Origin: Mycobacterium leprae TN
GTDB taxonomy: Bacteria; Actinomycetota; Actinomycetes; Mycobacteriales; Mycobacteriaceae
NCBI RefSeq assembly: GCF_000195855.1
Contig: NC_002677.1
Location: 540,001-572,000 of the forward strand
Direction of reading: 5' to 3'
DNA length: 32,000 bases
Below, piece by piece: positions 22,420 to 32,000 of this stretch (position 1 is the first letter of the stretch; each line of letters opens with the position of its first letter). Both the position numbers and the translations under genes were made by a program. A model generated the notes under the pieces. It saw nothing but the letters and a program-made list of their open reading frames with translations, was not told the origin of the DNA and did no database searches.

Positions 22420-23405
22420 CGTCATGAAGGCTTGTGAGCCGATGCTGACAACGGATGCGCCGACCGCGTTTCGCGGGATCCTTAGTCTATGAACCGCACT
22501 GGAAGTGCGCTTGTGTCGCTACGGCTGAAGGATCGTGTTCTTGGCGCGTTCTAAGTGGAGCAAGGTCATTCCGGCGAAAGCTGACGAAGAGTAGCAGAAT
22601 CTTCTGCATGCCTTCGCCCACCAAGCGGCCATCGCTATCGAAAACGCCCGGCATTTCGACGAGGTCGCCGAGTTTGCGCGAGGAGGAGAATAGCGTTCGC
22701 TAAGTGTTCCAAAAATTATGTACCCGCCGACATCGCCCGCGAGGCGTTCAATATCTTAAGGTTTATGGTGGGCGTGGGCGCTCGAGGCGCGCCGCGGCAG
22801 TGCTTTTTGCCGACATCCGCGGTTTCACCTCGATCAACTAGAAGATGCGACCGTAGGGCATAGTCGGCTCCACCAACGACTACCTGCAGCGCATGGTCGA
22901 CATCGTTTTCGACAAGGGCAGAATCGTCGACAAGTTCATCGGCGATGCTGTGATTAGCCGTTTTTGGCGCACCGGTGCCCAAGGCGGATGATGCCATTGG
23001 TGCCGTCCGCACAGTTATGCGCATGATGGAGGCAATCGATCGCTTTAACGAAGAGTAAGGGGTAACAGGCGGTGTCGAGATATACGTCAGGATCGGACTG
23101 CACACTGGCCGGCTGATACCCGGGCACATTGGCTTTGGTCGCAAGATGGAGTACGCTGTGACCGAGGGCGATGCGGTGAATGCGGCCAAGCGGGTCGAGG
23201 CGCTCAATCCGGAGATGGAAACGCGCATCCTAATCACCTGTAGAGTGTTTTGAGATGACGTAGGTGAGCCTTCCCAGGGCACGAGTTGGCGCATGTAGCA
23301 AGTCAAGGGCAAAGAGCAGCCGCTGCAGCTGTATACAGTGCTGAGTGAAGCGGTAGTTTCCTACCGCAATCGAAATCATGCCTTACTCGGGGGCCGTGAA
23401 TTAGA
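22420..23405 (+). pseudogene. GAF plus class III adenylate/guanylate cyclase pseudogene
   Basis: Fragments in order: NRTGSALVSLRLKDRVLGA, ADEE.QNLLHAFAHQAAIAIENARHFDEVAEFARRGE, VGSTNDYLQRMVDIVFDKGRIVDKFIGDAVIS, RIGLHTGRLIPGHIGFGRKMEYAVTEGDAVNAAKRVEALNPEMETRILIT (reconstructed over frameshifts), and VKSKGKEQPLQLYTVLSEAV. Confidence 0.82.
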
Positions 23406-23631
23406 TACGGTGCACCTTTGGCAACAACCGCGGGCGGACCGTTATCAGCATCGTCGCTAACAAACCCCAGTAATGGCGGATTGCTCCCCTACCCCGCTTG
23501 GTGTGACCGCAGTGATGACCAGCTCATCTTCGGGAAAGCTCGGCGTCCAACCCGAGTGCGCGGTATACCGCCCGAGCATGATGTCAGGCGCTCTCACTTC
23601 TGTGTCTGAAAATTAGTTCACGCAGTACTCC

Positions 23632-24537
23632 TTGGAGACGTTCCGGTTAGGATTGGCCGCGGCCACTGCTGCCAGCATTTGGGCGATGTTGAATCAGCCG
23701 GGCGACGCTATTAGTCTCGGCTCCGTGGTGGACGGTTACACCAGATTCACGCGATATGTAGCCATCGGCGACAGTCAGACCGAAGGCTTGTGGGAGGGTG
23801 ATGACACGGTCGGGCTCCTAGGATTTGCTGATCGCCTCGCAGCACTGGTCGATGCGGTGTATCCCGGTTTGGTATACGCTAACCTCGCGATCCGCGGCAA
23901 GTTGCTGGCCGATGTACTCACGGAGCAGGTACCGCAGGTACTGGCAATGCGGCCGGATCTGATCACTGTGTGCGCCGGGATGAACGATGTTATCCAGCCG
24001 GGACGATCGTTCGCCCGTGCGCTTGCCGATCTTGAATCCATGTATGCTGCGCTGGCCGAATCGGGGGCGACGATAGTGACGACAACCTTCCCCAACGTCG
24101 TGCAGTTCCTCCCGCTCGGACGACTTGTGGCTAGACGGCTGTTGCGCATTAACAATGCGATTACCGCCGCCGCCGACCGCTACGAGTTTAAGCTCGTCGA
24201 CCTGTATAATGCCGCTTCGATGCGAGATTCGGCCACTTGGGACATCGACCGCGTACATGCGTCCACCAAGGGACATATTCTGTTTGCTGCCGCAGTTGCC
24301 GAAGCTCTCAATTTGCCTAACAGTAGCCATGATTGGGCCGAAGCGAGCGGTAATCATGCGCAGGTGCCATTTGGAGTCCGTAGCTATGAGCAGCTGCGCT
24401 GGATGCGGGAAATTTTTATGCCGTGGGTGTGGCGATGGCTGCGTGGCAAATCTTCAGCCGATGGGCGAGTACCTAAACGCCCGCGGTTAGAACCTGTTAG
24501 CGCGTCACACGTAGAACACCACGACGCGCCAACTTGA
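23632..24537 (+). CDS. SGNH/GDSL-family hydrolase
   Basis: Block I YVAIGDSQTEG, GMNDV (block III-like) and DRVHASTKGH (catalytic D/H block). 301 aa from a TTG; true start may be internal. Confidence 0.87.
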   Translation: METFRLGLAAATAASIWAMLNQPGDAISLGSVVDGYTRFTRYVAIGDSQTEGLWEGDDTVGLLGFADRLAALVDAVYPGLVYANLAIRGKLLADVLTEQVPQVLAMRPDLITVCAGMNDVIQPGRSFARALADLESMYAALAESGATIVTTTFPNVVQFLPLGRLVARRLLRINNAITAAADRYEFKLVDLYNAASMRDSATWDIDRVHASTKGHILFAAAVAEALNLPNSSHDWAEASGNHAQVPFGVRSYEQLRWMREIFMPWVWRWLRGKSSADGRVPKRPRLEPVSASHVEHHDAPT

Positions 24538-24582
24538 CGCTAAGAGCCTGCGGCGCGCATCCCGGTCGGGCATTCTTGATGT

Positions 24583-25227
24583 ATGGACGTGGATGCTCTG
24601 CTGCAGTCAATACCACCACTTGCAGTCTACCTGCTGGTCAGCGGTGTGGTCGGGGTCGAGAGTTTGGGCATTCCCCTACCGGGAGAGGTCGTGCTGGTAA
24701 GTGCGGCGCTGTTGTCGTCGCGTCACGACCTGGCGGTCAGCTCGATCGGTGTCGGTGTCGTCGCTGTGATTGGCGCCGCAGTCGGCGACTCGATCGGCTA
24801 CGCTATTGGCCGCCGATTTGGCATGCCGCTCTTTGATCACCTTGGCCGGCGGTTTCCGAAGCACTTCGGTCCGGGGCATGTCGCGTTGGTCGAGCGGTTG
24901 TTTAATCGCTGGGGTGTGCGGGCGGTCTTCTTTGGTCGTTTTATCGCGTTGCTGCGCATACTCGCCGGGCCGCTGGCGGGAGCGTTGAAAATGCACTACC
25001 CGCGCTTTCTAGCTGCCAACGTATCGGGTGCCATTTGTTGGGCAGGCGGTACTACCGCGCTGGTCTACTTCGCCGGGATGGCCGCCGAACGCTGGATGGA
25101 ACGATTCTCTTGGATCGCGCTCATCATCACCGTGGTGGTCGGCATCATCGCCGCAATCTTGCTGCGCGAACGAACGTCACGGATAATTGCCGAACTTGAG
25201 ATGGAGTATAAAAACCGCCGGCACTAA
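24583..25227 (+). CDS. DedA-family (SNARE-associated/VTT domain) membrane protein
   Basis: GVESLGIPLPGEVVLVSAALL, GDSIGYAIGRRFG, FGPGHVALVERLFNRWGVRAVFFGRFIALLRILAGPLAG; typical DedA motifs, intact 214 aa. Confidence 0.95.
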   Translation: MDVDALLQSIPPLAVYLLVSGVVGVESLGIPLPGEVVLVSAALLSSRHDLAVSSIGVGVVAVIGAAVGDSIGYAIGRRFGMPLFDHLGRRFPKHFGPGHVALVERLFNRWGVRAVFFGRFIALLRILAGPLAGALKMHYPRFLAANVSGAICWAGGTTALVYFAGMAAERWMERFSWIALIITVVVGIIAAILLRERTSRIIAELEMEYKNRRH

Positions 25228-25642
25228 ACCTAACCGCCCCTAATTCCGTTTGACGCCTGCCGTGAGGGGAGCTAGCTCGCCGGGCTGGGTTTGGCCATCA
25301 GTCATCGTGCCGTTGTTCGTCTCGTCCACCGGCGCACTGACTTACGCGTAATTTCTATGTCGGCACGGTTGTCTTGAATATGTCCCCAGTGTTGTTAACG
25401 ACGTGGCAAAGGCCAACGGCCAACACCACTGTGATATCCGACTAGTTACGCCAGACTAGACCCGGAAACAACGCAAGCCTGTGCTGTTGGTCAGCATCAC
25501 GTTGGCGGCAATGTTGATCGCTGCGGTGGCTGGTGCTGGCAGTCGCCCTGATGATCAACATTCGCACGACGGTCGCTTTGCCGTCTAGCCCTAGGCAGAA
25601 TCTTATCGTGCCGGCCCAACAGACCTCCGCTTACCTCGCTGC

Positions 25643-25990
25643 ATGAGTCTGCGCCGCTGTCCTCACCGATGCCCACCCATGTTGCAACGCGGCAGCCGGA
25701 CTGCACCTATGCCCGCAATACTGGTCTCGGCTTCGTCGGTCCCCACACCCGTTCCAGCGGCTCCGGTGCTTGTCCCGCTTCCGCTACCGCGTTTCCCACT
25801 ATCGGTTCCGAACATCCAGCCTCCGGTGAACCTGTCAAGTTCTCCGGTCCACCTATCGAGTCCACCGGTACAGGTTCCGATGGCGCTGCTGCAACTACCC
25901 AGCCCTAGACCATCGATGCAGGTGTCCACACTCGAGCCACCGGTGCACCTATCGGAGCTTAAGGTTCTCCACAGTGGCCTGCCCTCGTAG
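25643..25990 (+). pseudogene. Proline-rich polypeptide remnant (function unknown)
   Basis: 115-aa ORF rich in P/V/L/S with PPVNLSSSPVHLSSPPVQVPMALLQLPSPRP...LEPPVHLSEL pattern; no recognised full-length family. Confidence 0.3.
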
Positions 25991-26056
25991 CACAGCCGGC
26001 CTCAACCATGCCCCAAATACCGGTGTTAATTCCTCACTTTGGTATTTAATTTATCG

Positions 26057-26839
26057 CTATACCGCGAGCAAGCGAACCAGCCCGATTAGGCCGATCGCCA
26101 CGATGGTGGCCCGCAAAACATTCGGCGATAGTCGGCGCGCGTAACGGGTCCCAACTAATCCCCCAACCAGTGAGCTCGCCGCGATCATGCCGGCCGCCGA
26201 CCAGTTGATCCGATCGAAGGCCACCAGCGTATAGCCAACTGCCGCAGTAAGATTTACCAACATCGACAAAAGGTTCTTAGCCGCGTTTATGCGCTGCATC
26301 GACTCTGGTAGCAATATACTCATTAGGCTGACCAGCAGGATGCCTTGCCCGGCAGTGAAGTAACCACCGTAGACGCTGACAGCGAAGGTGCCAAGCGCCA
26401 GCATAGCCATCTGGGCCGGTGTGGTGTGTTCGGCGCGGTTAACGGCCGCTTTGGCCCGACACCGCGTCCAGGACTGAATCCGCGGCCCGGCCACTACTAG
26501 CACCAACGCCAGGACGAGAAGCATTGGCACGATAGCGGTAAACACCTTCTCAGGCAGATGCAGGAGCAGAAAGGCGCCTAGCGCTGCACCGGTCAGCGAC
26601 ATCGGGATCTGCCAGCGTAATCGACTCCACCGATCGCCCAGCTCGGCACGATAGCCCCAAGTAGCCGATACACCGCCAGCCACTAGACCGACCGCGTTAG
26701 ACATGGTCGACGTGACCGGTGAGTAACCAAGGGCGACGAGCGTTGGAAACGTGATCAAAGTGCCGGATCCGACGAGCGCATTGATCGCGCCAGCACCGAA
26801 CCCGGCCAAGCCTATCGTAGCCAAGTGTGAAACCAACAC
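26057..26839 (-). CDS. TauE/SafE (TSUP) family membrane permease
   Basis: 260 aa, multiple hydrophobic segments, duplicated glycine-rich motifs (GFGAGAINALVGSGTLITFPTL ... GYFTAGQGILL ... AAKNLLSMLVN). Confidence 0.9.
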   Translation of the reverse strand: MLVSHLATIGLAGFGAGAINALVGSGTLITFPTLVALGYSPVTSTMSNAVGLVAGGVSATWGYRAELGDRWSRLRWQIPMSLTGAALGAFLLLHLPEKVFTAIVPMLLVLALVLVVAGPRIQSWTRCRAKAAVNRAEHTTPAQMAMLALGTFAVSVYGGYFTAGQGILLVSLMSILLPESMQRINAAKNLLSMLVNLTAAVGYTLVAFDRINWSAAGMIAASSLVGGLVGTRYARRLSPNVLRATIVAIGLIGLVRLLAV

Positions 26840-27989
26840 CCCGGGACCTTAGTCCGACGTAGTGTTGCACCGCCAATAACCGTGCACTAAATCACCTCGC
26901 ACCACCGTGGTCCGGCGCGAGGCACTTCGTGACTAAGGTCTATTCCGGTGCGGAGCTTGACCGGGGCCGAGCTTTTTGCTGATTGAGCCCACCGGGTCCG
27001 ACGGCACTCGTTTAGGTTGACCCGGTCATCACCGATCGCTGGAGGAGGGATCCGGTGGCGAGAGTTCCGTTGACAGGTGACGTCTATGAACAACGCAGTA
27101 AGTGGAACGGGTACTTGACGGCGACTAACGTGTCTTGGCGCCATCGATGGCGTGGTGGTGGGTATTGGGCAACCGAGCCTCAAAAACTCCGAAGTCTGCC
27201 GGGAACGGACCTGTCAGAATGTTTATTGACGAACATGACCGGGTATCTAAATCAACTCTAAGGTAAGGGCGCCAGTCGATAGCCACGCGCCTTAACAGGG
27301 ATATGAAAATAAGCCGGACCACCTAGCCTTTTCGTCAAGCCATGGCTGTGCAGCAATACCACGGATGGGCCAAGTTCACCAATGTCAGCGTAGTTTGGTT
27401 CCCGGACCGCGATCAAGATTTGGTGTTCAGAATGCGACCAGGTTGTTGTGCGCCACGTGCCGTTCACCGATCCACTGTAGCGCTCGACCTATTCGCCAGC
27501 CTCCCGTGCTCATATGCTCCTATGAGCAAAAAAACTGACGATCAACTGCCGACTTCTGACCGGATCTGTTTGGTGCACAATGCTTTACCTATTCGGGTAT
27601 GGTTAGTCATCGTGTGATGACCATAAACGTGCAGCACTTAACCTCAAGCTGCTCTACAGATTGCACCTGTCAACAGAAGTCGGCGAGCGTCACGCATTTC
27701 GACGACGATAAAGCGTGGGGTGTGCTGCCGACGCTCGGCCGGGTACGTTTCCGGCTGTGACTCGCAGCAAGGAATGCATTTGACTAACCCAATCCGCAAG
27801 CTGGCCAACGCAGCCGGAGATGCCGAGCGAATCAACCGGTGGATTGAGTACAGGCTACGCCATGGTTAAGCCACTAGCGGCAGTGTACACTATAATGCCA
27901 TTTACTCATCAGGGGATTTATATCACATGTCGGCGCCCGGTACAGTACCGATTACATAGCGATTCACTATGTTGAGTGACAGTGGTCCT

Positions 27990-28830
27990 GGGCACAGTGG
28001 ATGTCGCGTATTCGTCGTGCAGCGGGCGCGCTCCACGCAGCCAATTGTGCGGCGTGGCCAGTGTGTGGTATTTCCTGGACGAAAGCCACCCGGCTTGCTT
28101 TGACATTCTGCTTGTGGCCGCGTTGTATTGGTTCGGTGGCTAACATCGTCAATTGGCGAGTAATCGGTGATGAACTCGGCCATGTGCTCAACGATAGTGA
28201 CGCACGAGTGTTTTTCATTGGTGCCAAACTGCAGTCATCAATTGAGCTAATTAGTGCGCGAATCCCCGGTTTTAGTACACATCATTGTGGTGGCTATGGC
28301 CCTAGTCAGAACGAAGACCCTTATGAATCCTGTTTCGTTGCAGCTATATCGGTCGCCGCCGACCCGTATAGTGTCGACGCTGACACCGCCCTGGTGATCT
28401 ACAGCTCGGGCCTTCCCGGATGGCCCAAAGGGTTCGTATTAAGCCGACGCGCCTTGGTCAACCACATCAAGAGCTTGGTCCAGCTGTTTCTGTTAGGCAA
28501 GGGGGACGCGAACGTGGTTGCGATGGCCCCTGTTCTACGTCGGTGGGTTTTCGTACGCATTTTTGATATCAGGGTCAAGGCGCCAACTAGCCTGGCCCGC
28601 GAACCCGGAGCTGCAACACTAATCGGCTCCCTGAATTCCGGGACACTTATGCATCTTTGATGCCCCCGGTGATTGCCCAGTTTCTGGACGTCGGTCACGT
28701 GGCGGTGAGTGCCTTCTCCGGCTTGCGCTACGTTATGTATGTAACAGCCACTATGCCTCTATGCTATGGCGAGTGCTCGCAGCTTGGCCCCGCATTAATT
28801 TCATCCAGCTGTAAGTACAAAAGAAATTTT
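27990..28830 (+). pseudogene. AMP-dependent acyl-CoA ligase (FadD-like) pseudogene
   Basis: NWRVIGDELGHVLNDSDARVFFIGAKLQ, degenerate P-loop TALVIYSSGLPGWPKGFVLSRRALVNHI, PPVIAQFLDVGHVAVSAFSGLRYVMYVTATMPL; C-terminal half missing. Confidence 0.85.
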
Positions 28831-31602
28831 GCAGCGCGATCACCGCCCCTAACGGGAAAACACCGCGATTACAGGCTACTCAACGTGTTGCTGTAACCCG
28901 TAAAAGAATTGCTGAGCAACGAAATCGAGAGCGTTGATCCCGAATCAGGTAACTAACCAAACTATCAGGCAATCCGGCGAGATCTGGATACAAAACAATC
29001 AGCGCATAAGCCGCTATTTTAATCAGCCACAAGCAACTGTCGACACGATTACCACAGATGTCTAGGTTGCGCACCGGAGACATCGGTCACCTCGGCGCCG
29101 ATGGTTACCTCATACATATAGTACATCTAGGACCGGTTGAAGGACATGATAATCGGCGCTGGCGAGAAACGTGTACAGACCTGAGGTGGAAGCGTGCTTA
29201 TCGGACATATTGCTGTTTATGATGCCACGGTAATAGGTATTTCTTATAACTTCTGTGGTGAATCCGTCAAGGCGATCGTTGTCATCACCACTACTGAAAT
29301 GGAACCTGGATGACATCATCGAATTTTTGTCACAAGTATCTGGTGGGCTACAAATGTCTGAAAGTCGTTTATTTCTTAGCAGCGATACCCCGCGATGCAA
29401 GCGGTAAAATCTTTAAAACCAAGTTCCAGCAGCATTATTAGAGAGAAAGGCCACGAGGAATTTAGGCACCTTCAGAATCCGAATTGATCATCGATGATGC
29501 CGATAACACATGCTGGGTGTCGTTGCATGGTGCCGTGTTTTGCCCCACAAGACACTTCTCGCACCGGCGCCAGCGTGGGTGCAACATCGGCGCGGACCAA
29601 CGGTGGGCCGAAATTGTACTGGATCGCCTGATGCGGGCTCTCCTTGAGGACCTGGTCAACGAGATGGCTTTGCGGGCACTCAAAGGTTCAGCACGCCGAT
29701 CCCTGCTTGACTAGCTACCATAGTTCATCGTACTTACCGCTTACCGGGATATTGGTCTCGTTATCGGTGCCACACTCGTTGTCATCCGGAGGGTGAGAAG
29801 GTAGAGAGTTGTGGCTTCCTAACACCTTGATTGACCACCCCAGCGCGGGTAGCATTTGCATTGTCAGCAAAGGAGTGAGATCGGTAGTGTAGAGCTGGTC
29901 ACGCAGAAATCAAGTCAGCGAAGTTCCTTGATTTCTGCCGACTGCGTTGTCGCAACGGCAATTGGATGCGGAAAGCATGGTCGCCTCTAACCTCCAGTCT
30001 GTGTTCATTGGCTGCGGGAGCACGGAACCGGGCTATCTCCTGCAGTCTGTTCTGATCGAGAGTGACTCCAAAATTAAGTTTTTTGTCGCACTCACGGATC
30101 GCTGACTAGTCCGGTTCGGGCTTTCCGCCCGGCAATATGAAACGCCTTGTGTCGCGCTTGCGCACAGTTAACACCCTGCTTGAGGCGTCTCTCGACACCA
30201 CGGCATTGACCCGGATGGCATCCGCTAGATACTTCCTCAACCAACCGGAATCACCTTCATATCTCAATGCGGCATGCACCCAGGCCGCACATCACACCGT
30301 CGGCGCGTCAACGTACTTTGTTACTCAGCCTAGATAATGCTGCGGCAAACCAGAGGGCCGATGCAGCGGTACTAGGCACTGATGGTGGCCTCAGTGGTAT
30401 AGCTGACCCTTCCGCATAATCAAACTGTGCTCTCCCCACCTCTGATGGTAGTGTGCGCGGCTTTGTCGACCATGAAGTGATTGAACTCCAGCACTGTTTC
30501 GGTAGATTTTGAGCAGCCTAACGAACTAATATACCGGGTCCACATTTCACCCTGCATTTCCAAATAGTTCCTACAGTGCGCCATCTCGGATGCTAGTAGC
30601 CGTGGTAGTCACACGCGTGATGATAAATTATGTTAGGGTAAGCGAAATCATTGGCGTACAGAAAGCCCATTAGTCCATACTGACAATCCGCATCAGTGTA
30701 ATTATCGTTGTTTTTATTGTACTAGGTGGTGATAAAAACATTGCGTTCGCCCACACATGTTGATCCACTAAATATCGCTGACTTCTAAAAGATTCTGTAA
30801 ACACAGTTTGGTGGAACTATACACAAGGACCTCAGTCTAAATATAGAATTCCAGATCAAGCAAAGCTATTGATTTTTTCCACCGGTATGGTGAAGAATTT
30901 TGACTAGATCTGTTACTACAAAAATAGTATGAAGCTGCGCTGCAGTGGATTAGCCAGTAATTCAACAGTAGACTTACCGTGGATGGCAAATAATAACGAA
31001 ATCGTGACACAAAATTCCCGCTTGCCATCGTTTGTACTTAACGGTAATGGAATCATTTGGTTTCCCGCGGGTTATTACGAAAGATTTCTGTTATTGTGGT
31101 ACCAAGCCGCACATAATCGACCGATTTGGCGGCAAGTTCATTTTGGTGCTGCTCTACTTTGCGCTTGATTTGGTTGTCGAGTCGCTGTAACCGCCTTCGA
31201 TATCTTCCCCCACTAACTTCGGTACCAAACCAGTAAGTGCTGTCATAGGTCGGTGCGTGCAGGGTATTCTCGTACCAGTTGGTGGTGTTGTACAGAAAAA
31301 CGGAATTGCCAAAGGGTGTTGTGCAGAAAGTCTGAAAAGGTTAGGTGAGCAGATCTCGGGAATCAACAGCGGAGCCCTGAGTTATGTTGTACGGTGACCT
31401 ACCGCAAACCTCCTCGCTCACGGAACATATAGCATTCCATTCCGGTCGGAAGACTCTAAGAAATAAGGTTTGATGCCGACATTCCTGACTCCAGCAGCTA
31501 CTGCAATATCCGCAGGTAGATAAGTAACGTCTTATCGGTCGCTGCGTCGTAGCGGTTTTGTGCCGATATTGACACCGGGTCGTAACACTAGGTGCGTGCG
31601 TT

Positions 31603-31893
31603 TTAACCGCTTCTATATATTTTTTCTACGTTGGAGTTTATTCCATAGAATTGATTAGCGGAGGTAATTGCATCATTGGGGACTGTGAGATGGAACCAGA
31701 ACTTACTCACCTTGTCTTTGCTGATCTCTAAACTTGCCCGCCATTGCAATTCTCCCTGTTCGTTTATCAACCAGCGAGAAAAGCTACCGTTATTTAACCC
31801 CTGTTTAACACTCTTGCACTTAACCAGGATGTCAGGTTGTCGGTATATTTCAACACAACTGGAGACTACGAACCTGGCTACGAATTGCACCAT
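31603..31893 (-). CDS. Hypothetical ORF, 96 aa, low GC (possibly a fragment)
   Basis: MVQFVARFVVSSCVEIYRQPDILVKCKSVKQGLNNGSFSRWLINEQGELQWRASLEISKDKVSKFWFHLTVPNDAITSANQFYGINSNVEKIYRSG; plausible protein composition but no recognised family. Confidence 0.25.
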   Translation of the reverse strand: MVQFVARFVVSSCVEIYRQPDILVKCKSVKQGLNNGSFSRWLINEQGELQWRASLEISKDKVSKFWFHLTVPNDAITSANQFYGINSNVEKIYRSG

Positions 31894-32000
31894 TTTTATT
31901 TAGCAGAACTAGTTATATAACGTAAAACTGCAAGGCCGGGTGTGGTACCGATCTGGGCTGGAACCAGCAGTTATGCACTTCTGTACGCTGCATGCTACGT

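Noticed and set aside
22716-23312. Long minus-strand ORF of 198 aa
   Set aside because: It is antisense to the recognisable plus-strand cyclase pseudogene and has no protein-like motifs; a high-GC antisense artefact.
29484-29714. 76-aa plus ORF (MIIDDADNTCWVSLHGAVFCPTRHFSH...) as a real gene
   Set aside because: No family recognised, overlapping antisense ORF of similar length, and the region has the general character of decayed sequence.
30090-30140. ggttcgggctttccgcccggc considered as a tRNA T-arm
   Set aside because: No matching acceptor stem, anticodon arm or D-arm at the right spacing; no tRNA could be supported here or elsewhere in the window.

Overview
This 32 kb window looks like part of a leprosy-bacillus-type mycobacterial genome (Mycobacterium leprae / M. 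lepromatosis lineage). Short stretches of intact genes are separated by long, frameshifted pseudogene tracts. The best-supported feature is a tightly packed minus-strand block (about 10.2-17.8 kb): thrS, a HIT-family protein, pgsA, a PIM acyltransferase (patA), pimA, a membrane-linked Nudix protein and pdxS, with 4-8 bp gene overlaps at several junctions. Other intact ORFs are an aldo/keto reductase, an SGNH/GDSL hydrolase, a DedA-family membrane protein and a TauE/SafE-family permease. Recognisable pseudogenes are a MaoC-like gene, citE, bkdA/bkdB/bkdC, a group II intron reverse transcriptase, an enoyl-CoA hydratase, a cytochrome P450, tesB2, a hot-dog thioesterase, a cupin, a GAF/class III nucleotide cyclase and a fadD-like ligase. 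I found no convincing new biological system. The most notable items are a perfect 21-bp-arm hairpin that appears to have arisen by template switching inside the enoyl-CoA hydratase pseudogene, a decayed group II intron maturase with a YADD motif, a junction-type deletion in bkdA, an AT-rich/palindromic patch at about 20 kb, and a low-GC right end with an unexplained ORF. All homology calls are from recalled family motifs; no database search was run.
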